A stretch of 64,000 nucleotides of DNA. Source: Candidatus Dojkabacteria bacterium. GTDB taxonomy: Bacteria; Patescibacteriota; Dojkabacteria; B142; JAFGFJ01. The position numbers and the translations under genes are program-made. Within the stretch, counting starts at the first letter, position 1; each line of letters begins with the position of its first letter. Under the pieces are notes generated by a model. That model was not told the origin of the DNA and ran no database searches. It worked only from the letters and a program-made list of their open reading frames with translations. Positions 18,238 through 29,255 of this stretch are shown piece after piece. The DNA lies in contig JAFGFJ010000002.1 in NCBI GenBank assembly GCA_016931155.1, positions 385 through 64,384 on the forward strand. Direction: 5' to 3'.

Positions 18238-19575
18238 ATGGGAACAATGGAAACAGCGGAAACAACAATTTCTCAAATCTCTAAGCACAAAGGCGAAGAA
18301 GTAATCATCAAGGGATGGATTCACAACCTCCGTTCTTCCGGTTCCATTCACTTTTTGCAAATAAGGGACGGATCAGGATTTATCCAGGCAGTCGTTGAAA
18401 AATCCGCAGTTGACACAAAGGTTTTTAAAAAAGCCGAAAAAGTCACAATAGAAACATCCGTAATCCTTACAGGAATAGCAAAAGAAGACAAAAGAGCGCC
18501 ATCCGGTTTCGAACTTGCAGTAAATAACCTGGAGATAATCCAAATCGCAGATGAGTATCCAATTGGCAAAAAAGAGCATGGTCCGGAATTTCTTTTTGAC
18601 AACCGCCACCTTTGGCTCAGGTCACAAAAACAGTGGGCAATTCAAAGAATTCGAAATGAAATAATCAATGCAATTTATCTTCATCTGAATGACGAAGGCT
18701 TTATAAAAATTGATTCTCCAATATTTACACCAAACGCCGCTGAAGGAACAAGTACGCTTTTCGATGTATCCTATCTTCCTGCCTGGAAAGAAGGTGAGAA
18801 AGAAGGGCCTCATGTTTACCTCGCCCAGACAGGTCAGCTCTACATAGAGGCGGCTATTTTTGCACACGGAAAGGTTTTCGACTTTGGTCCAACATTCCGG
18901 GCAGAAAAAAGCAAGACAAGAAGACACTTGACTGAATTCTGGATGATGGACGCAGAAATGGCGTGGCATGACTGGCGGGACAATATGAAAGTTCAGGAAA
19001 AATTAACAATAGCAATCATTAGAAGAGTCCTCTTAAAATGTAAAAACGAGCTGGTTCTTCTTGAAAGAGATTTGCCGTCACTTGAGAAAATCCTCGAAGG
19101 AGATTTTCCTGTTCTAACACATGAGGAGGCAGTAAAAAAACTCCATTCACTTGGCTCAGACATAAAAGAAAGAGACGATCTGGGAGCAGATGATGAGACA
19201 ATCCTCACAGAGCAATTCGATAAACCAATCTTCATAGAAAAATACCCAAAGGAAGTAAAAGCTTTCTATATGAAACGTGATCCGAAAGATGATAGTAGAG
19301 TTTTAAACAATGACATGCTTGCTCCAGGAGGTTATGGTGAAGTGATAGGCGGTAGTGAAAGAGAAACAGATTATGATAAACTTATCGAAAGAATGAAACA
19401 GGAAAAGCTCGACCCGAAGGAATATGAGTGGTATCTTGATCTCAGGAAATATGGAAGTGTCCCTCACAGCGGGTTTGGAATTGGACTTGAGAGATATATA
19501 AGGTGGATATGCGGATTGAAGCATATAAGAGAGACTATTCCTTTTCCAAGAACATTGAACAGGATTACTCCATAA
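18238..19575 (+). CDS. asnS: Asparaginyl-tRNA synthetase (class IIb)
   Basis: N-terminal OB anticodon-binding domain. Motif 2 FRAEKSKTRRHLTEFWMMDAEMAW, motif 3 and C-terminus GFGIGLERYIRWICGLKHIRETIPFPRT. The length (445 aa) fits AsnRS, not AspRS. Confidence 0.85.
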   Translation: MGTMETAETTISQISKHKGEEVIIKGWIHNLRSSGSIHFLQIRDGSGFIQAVVEKSAVDTKVFKKAEKVTIETSVILTGIAKEDKRAPSGFELAVNNLEIIQIADEYPIGKKEHGPEFLFDNRHLWLRSQKQWAIQRIRNEIINAIYLHLNDEGFIKIDSPIFTPNAAEGTSTLFDVSYLPAWKEGEKEGPHVYLAQTGQLYIEAAIFAHGKVFDFGPTFRAEKSKTRRHLTEFWMMDAEMAWHDWRDNMKVQEKLTIAIIRRVLLKCKNELVLLERDLPSLEKILEGDFPVLTHEEAVKKLHSLGSDIKERDDLGADDETILTEQFDKPIFIEKYPKEVKAFYMKRDPKDDSRVLNNDMLAPGGYGEVIGGSERETDYDKLIERMKQEKLDPKEYEWYLDLRKYGSVPHSGFGIGLERYIRWICGLKHIRETIPFPRTLNRITP

Positions 19576-19579
19576 AATC

Positions 19580-20704
19580 ATGCAGAAGAAAAAAAATATC
19601 AGCAAAAAACTAATAGTATTAAATATCATGCTTCTGCTTCTTGCGCTGGCAGTAGTTGTAGCAATTAAAATGTCTCCAGACAGCGAAGTGGAAAATTCTA
19701 ATAAAGAGCAGGAAAAACAGGAAGAGGTAAAAGGGGAAAATACGCAGACCACAATTAATGAAAACACAGAAGAAATAATTACATCCACATCAAACGATGC
19801 AAATAATTCAAGAGAGGAAGAAAACTCTGCGAACGAAATACAAACAGGAGTAGAAGTAAATGGACAATACTACACTTTCGATAATATTCCGGTAATTTCT
19901 TTGGGTACCAGATTTAGAATTTTCGGAACAGCAGAAGCTCTTGCTGAGGTTGAGATAGTGGTCAAACCCGAACAAATCAAATACACAACAAAAGTCAAAG
20001 ACGATAAAAAATGGTTCGTAGAAGTTGACACAAACCTGTTAGGAGAAGGAGATCACTCCTTTCAATCAAAAGTGATTTTACCCGGGGAGATTAATGGAAA
20101 TCTCTCAGCATCCGTTGCTTTCAAGGTTAAAGACCAGGATCAAACAACTTCTAAAGCCGACACAACCGGAATCTCAAAAGAAACCAATACCACTCTGTCC
20201 AAAGATAAAATCTATGATACACTCACAACTCTACCTGTTCTTCTTTCTGCCATTGCACTAGGCATAATTGTCTGTCTGGTGACAGCATTTTTGCTTATTA
20301 AAAAGAAAAATCCCATGGAAATAAGCGTAGATACAAGAATAAGCAATTCTGATCCCGGATCAACATTAAACCCGGAAGTGGATCTGAAAATCAGAAGTAA
20401 TCTAGATAAACCAAACAAAGAGGAAGCCGGAATAATTGATGAACCGACATCCGGGGAATCACTAAAGCCATTACTTGAGCAATCACTTGAATCATCACTG
20501 CCGACATCCGGGAAAACACCAGATAAACCATCTGAGTCACCACATAACCCCTCGCAAAAACCATTCCCGACCAAGACCGACATTAAGCAGTCTCCTGAAG
20601 ATCAGGTCTCAACTGCATCTGCTAAATCTCACACAAAACAACAGTCTCATACCGGCAAGACCACCGCAGAAGAGAAGAAAGATGATCAATCTGCTCAAAA
20701 ATAA
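19580..20704 (+). CDS. Bitopic membrane protein with an acidic extracellular region and a Ser/Pro/Thr-rich low-complexity tail
   Basis: N-terminal signal anchor, a central TM helix (LPVLLSAIALGIIVCLVTAFLLI) and a C-terminal S/P/T/K-rich tail. No recognisable domain. Confidence 0.45.
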   Translation: MQKKKNISKKLIVLNIMLLLLALAVVVAIKMSPDSEVENSNKEQEKQEEVKGENTQTTINENTEEIITSTSNDANNSREEENSANEIQTGVEVNGQYYTFDNIPVISLGTRFRIFGTAEALAEVEIVVKPEQIKYTTKVKDDKKWFVEVDTNLLGEGDHSFQSKVILPGEINGNLSASVAFKVKDQDQTTSKADTTGISKETNTTLSKDKIYDTLTTLPVLLSAIALGIIVCLVTAFLLIKKKNPMEISVDTRISNSDPGSTLNPEVDLKIRSNLDKPNKEEAGIIDEPTSGESLKPLLEQSLESSLPTSGKTPDKPSESPHNPSQKPFPTKTDIKQSPEDQVSTASAKSHTKQQSHTGKTTAEEKKDDQSAQK

Positions 20705-21833
20705 CTATAAACTGGTATTTCTTGTAATTTCTGTATTTGATATCATCTTGTTTTCTATATTCACCTCCCAGTATCAGTTAAGCCCTGTTCCTAAAAGAAA
20801 TGTTTTTCAAATTAATGAGTCATTTGTAGAAATTTATTCACACTACAGAAAAGATGAAATCGTAAACAGACTCGCCCACTCAATGGATAACACCAGGAAA
20901 ATCGGACAAATATTTATGCTTTCAATTCCCGGGACAACACTTGATGCAAAAACAATAGAATTACTACAGAAATACAATATCGGAGGAATAGCCCTTCTAG
21001 GCAAGAACATTCAAAATGAAACCCAATTAAAAGCACTTACACAGGAAATATATGATAATTCTGACATCAATCCATTTATCGCAGTTGATCAAGAGGGGAG
21101 ATCAGTAAATAGAATATATTGGGATACAACTGCAGGGAAGCCTCACACAATAGAAAATTCCCGAATACGAAGCTCATTACTTATTTCCCTTGGAATCAAC
21201 ATGAACCTTGCCCCCATCGCAGATATTCCGTTGATTCAAAAATCATTTATTAAAAATAGGGCTATCGGGAATAATGCAACTGAAGTTACTTCCAGTGCTT
21301 TAATAATCCTTGCCGGTCATGAGGAAAATAATGTACTCACAAGCACAAAACACTTTCCGGGTCACGGAAGAACAACAACAGACTCACATAAAATACTTCC
21401 AATTATTGGTATTTCAAAAGAAGAACTGACTCAAAACGAACTGGTACCCTTCAAAAAGATTGTAGAATCAGGAGCTCCTGCTATCATGACAGGACATCTA
21501 CTTTTTCCACAAATTGACAGTGAGCCTGCAAGCCTATCAAAAACTTTTCAAACAAATATCTTACGAAATGAGATGGGATTTTCTGGATTGATCATATCCG
21601 ATGACATGAATATGGGAGGTATAACAAACGATTCAAATCGATTCGATAAAGCCCTAAAAGCAGGAACAAACATGATTATTTATGTACAATCGAACGATAG
21701 ACAAATCGAGATAATCAACTCTCTGATCCAGAGACTACAGAAAGATTCGGAATTATCGACCATGACAGAGGATTCGATAAAAAGAATACTACTCGCAAAA
21801 TGCAAATACAAGATTCTTGAAGAATGCAACTGA
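20682..21833 (+). CDS. Glycoside hydrolase family 3 beta-N-acetylhexosaminidase (NagZ-like). Start taken at the internal MINLLK; the track ORF from 20475 overlaps the upstream gene in another frame.
   Basis: GH3 signature KHFPGHG (TKHFPGHGRTTTDSH). N-terminal TM anchor. Confidence 0.75.
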   Translation: MINLLKNNYKLVFLVISVFDIILFSIFTSQYQLSPVPKRNVFQINESFVEIYSHYRKDEIVNRLAHSMDNTRKIGQIFMLSIPGTTLDAKTIELLQKYNIGGIALLGKNIQNETQLKALTQEIYDNSDINPFIAVDQEGRSVNRIYWDTTAGKPHTIENSRIRSSLLISLGINMNLAPIADIPLIQKSFIKNRAIGNNATEVTSSALIILAGHEENNVLTSTKHFPGHGRTTTDSHKILPIIGISKEELTQNELVPFKKIVESGAPAIMTGHLLFPQIDSEPASLSKTFQTNILRNEMGFSGLIISDDMNMGGITNDSNRFDKALKAGTNMIIYVQSNDRQIEIINSLIQRLQKDSELSTMTEDSIKRILLAKCKYKILEECN

Positions 21834-21897
21834 TTTCCGAATTTAGACAGCCAAGGAAATTCTTTATCCCGGCCGCCTAATTTTTTACCCCTGCGTC

Positions 21898-23103
21898 TTA
21901 ATTCTTTACCTCGATAAAGAATTGCATTGGAGATTCAGTTGCATAAATTCTGTAATCAGACTCTTTGTTCAAATTCAAAGTTAGTGTGGTTGTATTACCC
22001 GCCGTAACAGCCTCCATTGTCTTAACATTCCCGTTGTTTATCTCTACAGTGCTCTCAGCATTCCTACTGACCCTGTTTTGCATAACAACAACAAGCTTTA
22101 CCTCACCATCCTTCTGAAGTTGTGCACTCACATTCGGTATACCACCAGAAAGATCATAAGCAATCTTGGTATAGGAACCATAATTCTGCCATTTAAAAGT
22201 CACAGTATTGACAACATTACCTGTAACATCAGTCACAATCCACTGAGGATTCCTGGAAAATTCATTGGTTAGAGTCTTCACAGTGGGCTTACCTGTTCCA
22301 GTATCTTCAGATACTCCTGTCCCTCCTTCGATCTCTTCTGCCTCTTCTGTCTCTTCAAAAGGCTGCTCTTCCTCAACCTCCTTTATATCAATAACAATCC
22401 TGTTTGGCTCTTCAAGAAGATGCATAAAATAACCCGTTTCATCAGACAGCTCAATAGTATAATTCTCAGTATCCTCCCCGGACGCTGTATTATGCATAAT
22501 CATAGTTACAATTGAATTTAGAACTCTCTGCTCAACACCGACTTTAAGACCACTTCTATCTTCTGAAATATTATTAAAATTAATGGAAATTTTCTGGTTT
22601 TCAAGAGTCGCTTCAGTTAGTGGAAACTTCGCACTTCCAGAAGAAGTGACCATAAAAACCACTCTGAAAAAATCCTCGTAGCTCTCAGTACTGAAGGAAT
22701 CAATTGTAAATGAATCACTGGAATTACTTCCCACACTTTGCGCAACAGTAAGAAAATCATCATCAGGTGCCGACTCGGCTTCGCTTGTTGAATTCTTATC
22801 AGCTATAATCGGTTCAAGTGTTTCCACATGGATCTCCTGCTCCTCCGCATCTTGCTGATTATCGTCAGTTGTCTTTTTTTCAGTAAGATTGTTTATTAGC
22901 AGGTAAATAACCACAGTAACAAGTGCCATAACTACCACCCAAATCAAAACCTTTACTATTGAGTCCCCCTTACCTTTCACCTCTTTAGAGGAATCTAATT
23001 TCAATGGAGTATTCACTGTCTGTTCTGATCTGTTCATCTGGATTGATCCACTGGCACCTCTCCTGTCTGAGAATGTTGAAGATGATTTTGTCGGCATAGG
23101 CAT
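21898..23103 (-). CDS. Hypothetical membrane-anchored extracellular protein
   Basis: A TM helix near the N-terminus (VKVLIWVVVMALVTVVIYLLI), then acidic low-complexity sequence and a beta-rich C-terminal region. No family recognised. Confidence 0.4.
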   Translation of the reverse strand: MPMPTKSSSTFSDRRGASGSIQMNRSEQTVNTPLKLDSSKEVKGKGDSIVKVLIWVVVMALVTVVIYLLINNLTEKKTTDDNQQDAEEQEIHVETLEPIIADKNSTSEAESAPDDDFLTVAQSVGSNSSDSFTIDSFSTESYEDFFRVVFMVTSSGSAKFPLTEATLENQKISINFNNISEDRSGLKVGVEQRVLNSIVTMIMHNTASGEDTENYTIELSDETGYFMHLLEEPNRIVIDIKEVEEEQPFEETEEAEEIEGGTGVSEDTGTGKPTVKTLTNEFSRNPQWIVTDVTGNVVNTVTFKWQNYGSYTKIAYDLSGGIPNVSAQLQKDGEVKLVVVMQNRVSRNAESTVEINNGNVKTMEAVTAGNTTTLTLNLNKESDYRIYATESPMQFFIEVKN

Positions 23104-23238
23104 AGTTAGATTTTAAAATTCAAATTACATCTACACAGTATAGAAAAAATATTGGAGTAGATCAAACTTTGCCATTTGTGTTAGAATTACAGTTGAACTG
23201 AAACAATACCGAAACTTAACTGAAAACTTGAGACACAC

Positions 23239-26196
23239 ATGGAGGACTATCTGATCATAAAGGGTGCAAGAGAACACAATCTTAAAAATATCGATGTAAA
23301 GATTCCGAAAAATACTTTTACCGTGATTACGGGACTGTCCGGATCCGGCAAGTCCTCACTCGCATTTGACACAATCTATGCAGAAGGGCAGAGAAGATAC
23401 GTAGAATCACTTTCTGCCTATGCACGTCAGTTTCTGGGAATGATGAGAAAACCAGACGTAGATTATATTCAGGGCTTATCTCCTGCAATTTCTATTGATC
23501 AGAAGTCTGCAAGCCACAATCCAAGATCAACAGTAGGGACTGTCACTGAAATATATGATTATTTGAGGCTTTTGTTTGCCCGGGCGGGCCATCCCAGATG
23601 CCCGAATGATGACACCCTTCTTCAGGCACAGACAGTACAGGAAATCGTTGATTCCATCCTTGATACAAAAAACGAGATCAGACTCATGATCATGGCTCCC
23701 GTTATAAAGAACAGAAAAGGAACCTATGAAGAATTGTTCCAGAGATTTTTGACTCAAGGATATGTAAGAGTAAGAGTTGACGGACACATTTACAGTCTTG
23801 AGGAAGACATTAAGCTTGACAAATTTAGGAAGCACAATATTGAGGTCGTTATTGACAGACTATCAGTAAGTGAAAATTCAAAAAATGACAAAGAATTTAT
23901 AAAAAGAGTAACAGATTCTGTAGAGACAGCTCTCAATTTAGCTGAAGGAGAAATTATTGTGAGTAGAGAAAAAGTAATGGCTGAGGAAGAAGAGAATAAC
24001 AAAGCCCGACAAAATACAAACTGGGAAGATAAACTATATTCGGAGAAATTTGTCTGTCCTCTTGACGGAACATCCTTCCCTCAGATCGAGCCTCACACAT
24101 TTTCATTCAACTCACCATACGGAGCATGTCCCAAATGCAATGGACTCGGCTACATTCAAGAAATTGATCGATCTCTTGTTTACAATCCAAACCTGACAAT
24201 TGCCGAGGGAGGCATCTATCCGTGGTCAAGAATGGCAGACAATCACAATTCCTGGATGATGCAGATGATGAAAGCTGTTGCAATACAGGAAGGCTTTTCC
24301 CTTAAAACTCCGCTTAAAGATTTAAAAGAAAAATATTTGAATTTGGTACTTTACGGATCCGACAGAAAGTATTCTGTTGACTACAAGTATTCTACACGGG
24401 AAGGAAGCAGTCGCTATGAAACAAACTTCGAAGGCGTAATTCCAAATCTAATGAGAAGATACGGCCAAACTGACTCAGACTATATCAGAAAAGAAATTGA
24501 AAAATATATGAGAAATCTCACCTGTCCGGAATGCGGAGGGAAAAAACTCAAAAGGGAGGCTCTGGCTGTCACAATTCTCAATAAAAATATTATTGAAGTG
24601 GGAGCTTTTTCTATAAACGACCTGGTCGAGTGGTTTTGCAGATTAATGGATGAGAATTCTAAAGAGGATGACAGACTTTCTCGCCAGGCTCAACAGATTG
24701 TAAAACAAGTCGTGAAAGAGATTCTTGAGAGATTAAACTTTCTGCTTGCAGTAGGACTTGATTATCTTACCCTGAACAGAAGAGCCAGAACACTCTCCGG
24801 CGGGGAATCCCAGAGAATAAGACTCGCATCCCAAATAGGTAGCGGTCTTTCAGGTGTAATGTACGTACTGGATGAGCCATCAATCGGCCTCCATCAGAGA
24901 GATAATGAAAGACTATTAGGCACACTCTTGAAGCTTCGAGATCTCGGAAACACAGTCCTGGTCGTTGAACATGACGAAGATACCATCAGACATGCAGATC
25001 ATATTGTAGATGTCGGACCTGGAGCAGGGGAACATGGAGGGAAAGTTGTAGCACAGGGTACTTTAAAAGAAATTATCAATACCAACGGTTCAATTACCGG
25101 TGAGTACCTATCAGAAAAGAAAAAAATAACGAAACAAGAAATTATGAAACATGTGAAGACCATAAACGGCAGCCACATGATAGACGAAAAAAAAGTAAGT
25201 AGAGGATCTATATTTCTACATGGTGCAAATCACCACAACCTAAAAAATATTAACGTTGAATTTCCTCTTGGCAAATTTATTGCAGTTACAGGAGTTTCCG
25301 GCTCTGGAAAATCAACTCTTATCAATGACACGTTATACAGAGCACTTGCTCAGGAATTTTATAATTCAAAGGCTCAGCCCGGCAAATATTCAGTCATTGA
25401 AGGAATCGAAAATATTGATAAGGTGATAGCTATTGACCAGTCACCGATAGGCAGAACGCCACGTTCAAACCCGGCAACTTATGTTGGGCTTTTTACTCCG
25501 ATTCGTGAATTGTTTTCAAAGACAAAAGAGGCAAGAGTTAGAGGATATGGCCCAGGACGTTTCAGCTTTAACGTAAAAGGAGGAAGATGTGAAAACTGTA
25601 AAGGAGATGGGGTAATAAAAATTGAAATGCAGTTCCTGCCTGAAGTATACATTGAGTGTGAAGTATGCCATGGGAAAAGGTATAACCGGGAGGCACTTCA
25701 AATTGATTATAAAGGAAAAAGCATTTCAAATGTACTTGATATGACAGTAGAGGAAGCACTGGAGTTTTTCCAGAATATTCCCTCTATTGGGAGTAAATTA
25801 ACAACACTTCATCAGGTCGGCTTAAGTTATATAAAGCTTGGACAACCGGCAACAACCCTGTCGGGAGGTGAAGCTCAGAGAGTAAAACTTTCTACTGAGC
25901 TAAGTAAAAGATCCACAGGAAAGACCTTGTTTATTCTTGATGAACCAACGACCGGTCTTCATTTCGAGGATGTGAGAAGACTCCTTATTGTTCTTCACTC
26001 ACTGGTAAACAAAGGCAATACAGTTATTGTAATAGAACACAATCTTGATGTAATCAAAACCGCTGACTGGATAATTGATCTCGGTCCGGAAGGAGGAGAG
26101 AAGGGCGGAGAAGTAATAGCAACAGGGACTGTTGAAGAGATTATGAAAAATAATAAAAGTTATACAGGAGAGTGGATAAAAAAGAATAATAAATAG
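23239..26196 (+). CDS. uvrA: Excinuclease ABC subunit A
   Basis: Two ABC ATPase modules ([19 protein letters not shown]; [16 protein letters not shown]), Zn-finger CxxC pairs, [24 protein letters not shown] signatures. 985 aa. Confidence 0.97.
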   Translation: MEDYLIIKGAREHNLKNIDVKIPKNTFTVITGLSGSGKSSLAFDTIYAEGQRRYVESLSAYARQFLGMMRKPDVDYIQGLSPAISIDQKSASHNPRSTVGTVTEIYDYLRLLFARAGHPRCPNDDTLLQAQTVQEIVDSILDTKNEIRLMIMAPVIKNRKGTYEELFQRFLTQGYVRVRVDGHIYSLEEDIKLDKFRKHNIEVVIDRLSVSENSKNDKEFIKRVTDSVETALNLAEGEIIVSREKVMAEEEENNKARQNTNWEDKLYSEKFVCPLDGTSFPQIEPHTFSFNSPYGACPKCNGLGYIQEIDRSLVYNPNLTIAEGGIYPWSRMADNHNSWMMQMMKAVAIQEGFSLKTPLKDLKEKYLNLVLYGSDRKYSVDYKYSTREGSSRYETNFEGVIPNLMRRYGQTDSDYIRKEIEKYMRNLTCPECGGKKLKREALAVTILNKNIIEVGAFSINDLVEWFCRLMDENSKEDDRLSRQAQQIVKQVVKEILERLNFLLAVGLDYLTLNRRARTLSGGESQRIRLASQIGSGLSGVMYVLDEPSIGLHQRDNERLLGTLLKLRDLGNTVLVVEHDEDTIRHADHIVDVGPGAGEHGGKVVAQGTLKEIINTNGSITGEYLSEKKKITKQEIMKHVKTINGSHMIDEKKVSRGSIFLHGANHHNLKNINVEFPLGKFIAVTGVSGSGKSTLINDTLYRALAQEFYNSKAQPGKYSVIEGIENIDKVIAIDQSPIGRTPRSNPATYVGLFTPIRELFSKTKEARVRGYGPGRFSFNVKGGRCENCKGDGVIKIEMQFLPEVYIECEVCHGKRYNREALQIDYKGKSISNVLDMTVEEALEFFQNIPSIGSKLTTLHQVGLSYIKLGQPATTLSGGEAQRVKLSTELSKRSTGKTLFILDEPTTGLHFEDVRRLLIVLHSLVNKGNTVIVIEHNLDVIKTADWIIDLGPEGGEKGGEVIATGTVEEIMKNNKSYTGEWIKKNNK

Positions 26197-26207
26197 AATC
26201 TTACGTA

Positions 26208-27230
26208 CTATTTACTGTTCATTATTTCATAAATAGCCTTCGCAAGCTTATGGCTATCATGCCTTATAAGACTTCTTCTAACTCTATCATTTTCCTGTCT
26301 TTCAACCAGATAGGAACTCAAAAGATCCTTTCTTATAATTTTTGATCTTATCCCTGATACTGAAAGATCATCTTTCACCGGGAAAGCTTTCTCATCGACA
26401 TAAACATCAAGTACGTCCTCAGGAAGCTTGGTACTATTTACAAGAATATAATCTGGATATTTCCCCAGGTATTTGATTATCTCAGAAACATGATCTTTTA
26501 TAGTGAAACCGTATGTTTGACCACATTTAGTCATCAAATTTGTAATATACACAAATTCTGCCTTTGATTCATTGATAGCTTCAGATACACCTGGTACTAC
26601 TATATTTGAAAGAAGTGAGCTATAAAGATCCCCCGGTCCCATTATTATATAATCTGCATTGAGTATCGCACATCGAGCTTTATTCGATACTTTTGTATTC
26701 GGCTGGATTCTTAAACTAGTTATTCTGGTAGTTGAATCATGTTTACTGTCAGGCTCATCAATATGAGCTTCACCCACAAGCACACTTCCATCTTCATATT
26801 CTGCTACAAGATCAACATTATCATTTGCTACCATTATGACCTCCCCCTGAACTCTCAAAATTTTTGAAGCCGCAGAAATTGCTTTTTCCTCTGAACCAAG
26901 TATCTCGGTTAATGCAGTTAACAATAGATTTCCGAAATTATGTCCTTTTAGACCATCTCCCTTTTCGAACCTGTACAAAAAAAGCTCTCTGAGAAGATTT
27001 TTGCCGTTACCTTCTCCAGATAAAGCAACAATTGCCTGCCGGAAATCACCGATAGGAAGAGTTCCAAACTCATCACGTAATTTCCCTGTACTCCCGCCAC
27101 TATCCGTAACCCCAACAATAGCATTAAGAGTAAGATTTGAATATTTTTTCAGACCAGAAAGAACAGTATATGTACCTGTTCCCCCTCCAATCACTACTAC
27201 GTTTATTTTTGTTTTTCGAGCTATATTCAA
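26208..27230 (-). CDS. YvcK/UPF0052 (CofD-like) family protein, gluconeogenesis factor / cell-shape-associated
   Basis: N-terminus KINVVVIGGGTGTYTVLSGLKKY and overall length are typical of the YvcK/CofD-like family. Confidence 0.75.
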   Translation of the reverse strand: MNIARKTKINVVVIGGGTGTYTVLSGLKKYSNLTLNAIVGVTDSGGSTGKLRDEFGTLPIGDFRQAIVALSGEGNGKNLLRELFLYRFEKGDGLKGHNFGNLLLTALTEILGSEEKAISAASKILRVQGEVIMVANDNVDLVAEYEDGSVLVGEAHIDEPDSKHDSTTRITSLRIQPNTKVSNKARCAILNADYIIMGPGDLYSSLLSNIVVPGVSEAINESKAEFVYITNLMTKCGQTYGFTIKDHVSEIIKYLGKYPDYILVNSTKLPEDVLDVYVDEKAFPVKDDLSVSGIRSKIIRKDLLSSYLVERQENDRVRRSLIRHDSHKLAKAIYEIMNSK

Positions 27231-27349
27231 GCTATTTTTTTCTATTTCTTTCTCTTCTATCTACGCATTTTTTTCTTTTCCACCTGTCCTTTTTTTCTAC
27301 CTGCCTATTCTTCTTCCTATCCAGTCCCAGTTCTACAATTATCCCTTAG

Positions 27350-27376
27350 TGAAAAAACCTTACTTCAGTAAGGTAA
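27350..27376 (-). terminator. Rho-independent terminator downstream of glmS (minus strand)
   Basis: On the minus strand the 7-bp stem ACCTTAC/GTAAGGT with loop TGAA is followed by TTTTTT. Confidence 0.55.
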
Positions 27377-27468
27377 GACATTTCCAATTCTCGCAGATAT
27401 TATCTGCCTCGTTATTTATACTTTTCGGCTTCTATTCTTATTGCCAAGTATACAATAAAAATATTTTT

Positions 27469-29205
27469 TTATTTCACAGTCACACTCTTCGCAAGATTTC
27501 TGGGTTTGTCAGGATTGTTCCCCAGTTTAACTCCGAGAAAGTATGAAAGCAACTGAAAAGGAATAACATTGAGTATCGGATCTGCAATACCGGCATCACG
27601 CAATATAATGCTATCATCAAAAAGATCGTTTTTTGATTTCGCAACTCCTATTGTCCAGGCTCCTCTAGCTTTCACTTCTGAAACAGCTGAATAAAGATCG
27701 GCCTTATCATCATCATTTGAAACAATTGAAATAACTGGCGTATCCTTTTCGATTAGTGCAATCACACCATGCTTAAGTTCACCCGCAGGAAACCCTTCAA
27801 AATGCTTGTATGTGATTTCTTTGATTTTCAAAGCTCCCTCTGTTGCAATATTTGAATTTTGTCCTTTTCCAAGAACAAAGCAATGTTCAATATTTACCAT
27901 TCTCCGGGCGATTTCCTGAATTTGAATAAATAGCTTTTGATCGAAAAATTTCTGAAGAATTTCTGAAAGGAAATAAATCGACTGCTTCGCTTCCTCATAC
28001 TTTCCAACTACAGCCTTTGCGATAAGGAGCCCCCACGAAATTTGTGCAGTAAAAGCCTTCGTTGATGCAACACATATCTCTGGACCAGATCTTGAAAGAA
28101 ATCCATAATCTGACATCCTGGTAATAGTCGATCCAATCATATTCACAACACTTCCTATTTTTGCTCCTTTTTCCTTCGCAAATTCTATCGTCTCAATTGT
28201 ATCAGCCGTCTCACCACTCTGGCTTACCGCAATAACTATATCATCCTTTGAAAATAAATTTCTGTAACTTCCTGCCTCACAAGACTTAAGTTCGATTGCA
28301 TGAATCCCTCCATACTTTCTCAAAAAAAAAGCAATCTGACCTGCGGCAAAGCCTGCTGTTCCAGCTCCAACAACATAAATATTTTTCGCTGTTTTAATTG
28401 CCTGAATTAAAGGTCTAAGCTCACTTTGAGAATATTGCACGGCTTCCCTGACCGTATGTTTTTGTTCTACAATCTCTTTAAGCATATAATGATCATAACC
28501 CTCTTTCCCAATACCAGCTGAGTTTTGAGGAAGTTTTTTCTCTTTGTATAAGATTTCTTCCCCAGAATTAACATCAAAAAGTCTTAGTTTTCCGTTATCG
28601 TACTCTGCCATTTCAAAATCATTTAGAAAAATAACCCTGTCAGTCTGATCAGCAAAAGAAAGAGTATCTGAGGCAAAATAAATTCCATCGCCTCCGATTC
28701 CAAGCACAAGAGGCGAGCCGTTCCTTACCGCAACAATATGCTTTTTGTCTCGTTCCAGGAGAATAATAGTATTTCTGCCTTTGAGGTCAAGAAAGGCGAG
28801 CCGCACTGCTTCAAGAAGACAATCTGACTTTTTGAGATTATCCTCAACAAGTCTTACAATAATCTCTGTATCAGTCTCACTATTAAATTTGTAACCCTTT
28901 GAGATCAGTTTACTCTTTAGTTCTTGAAAGTTTTCAACAATTCCATTCTGTGCAAGTACGAACCTGCCATCTACACTCTCATGAGGATGAGCATTAAGTT
29001 TAGTTGCTCTACCGTGAGTTGCCCATCTGGTATGACCGATTGCAATTGGAGCTTTGGGAATAATTCTGGAACATGTAAAGTTTCCTATTTCTCCCGCCTT
29101 CTTGTACAAAACTATTTTATTCTTTTTCTGATAAGCTATTCCCCACGAATCATAGCCTCGGTACTCAAGTCTCTTTAAACCGTTTACAACGATTTCAGGT
29201 GCATT
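27469..29205 (-). CDS. glmS: Glutamine--fructose-6-phosphate aminotransferase (isomerizing). Start at MCGIFGY; the track ORF extends 27 codons further upstream.
   Basis: The N-terminal nucleophile MCGIFGY sits within the track ORF 27469..29286. Glutaminase domain plus two SIS domains. Ends ...NLAKSVTVK. About 579 aa from the MCG start. Confidence 0.93.
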   Translation of the reverse strand, partial: NAPEIVVNGLKRLEYRGYDSWGIAYQKKNKIVLYKKAGEIGNFTCSRIIPKAPIAIGHTRWATHGRATKLNAHPHESVDGRFVLAQNGIVENFQELKSKLISKGYKFNSETDTEIIVRLVEDNLKKSDCLLEAVRLAFLDLKGRNTIILLERDKKHIVAVRNGSPLVLGIGGDGIYFASDTLSFADQTDRVIFLNDFEMAEYDNGKLRLFDVNSGEEILYKEKKLPQNSAGIGKEGYDHYMLKEIVEQKHTVREAVQYSQSELRPLIQAIKTAKNIYVVGAGTAGFAAGQIAFFLRKYGGIHAIELKSCEAGSYRNLFSKDDIVIAVSQSGETADTIETIEFAKEKGAKIGSVVNMIGSTITRMSDYGFLSRSGPEICVASTKAFTAQISWGLLIAKAVVGKYEEAKQSIYFLSEILQKFFDQKLFIQIQEIARRMVNIEHCFVLGKGQNSNIATEGALKIKEITYKHFEGFPAGELKHGVIALIEKDTPVISIVSNDDDKADLYSAVSEVKARGAWTIGVAKSKNDLFDDSIILRDAGIADPILNVIPFQLLSYFLGVKLGNNPDKPRNLAKSVTVK

Positions 29206-29255
29206 TCCTTTTCCTGAGTATCCAAATATTCCGCACATAACAAAAAAATTAAAGC

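Noticed and set aside
20475-20681. Long N-terminal extension of the GH3 gene from 20475
   Set aside because: The extension overlaps the preceding gene in another frame and is His/Arg/Pro-rich junk. The internal start at 20682 (MINLLK...) gives a normal TM-anchored GH3.
714-27546. Numerous short antisense or overlapping ORFs in the track (for example 714..947, 1971..2186, 3511..3720, 5804..6106, 9857..10615, 13832..14318, 18348..19788, 27001..27546)
   Set aside because: They lie inside or antisense to well-supported genes, have no motifs and have biased low-complexity composition. They are typical spurious ORFs in AT-rich DNA.
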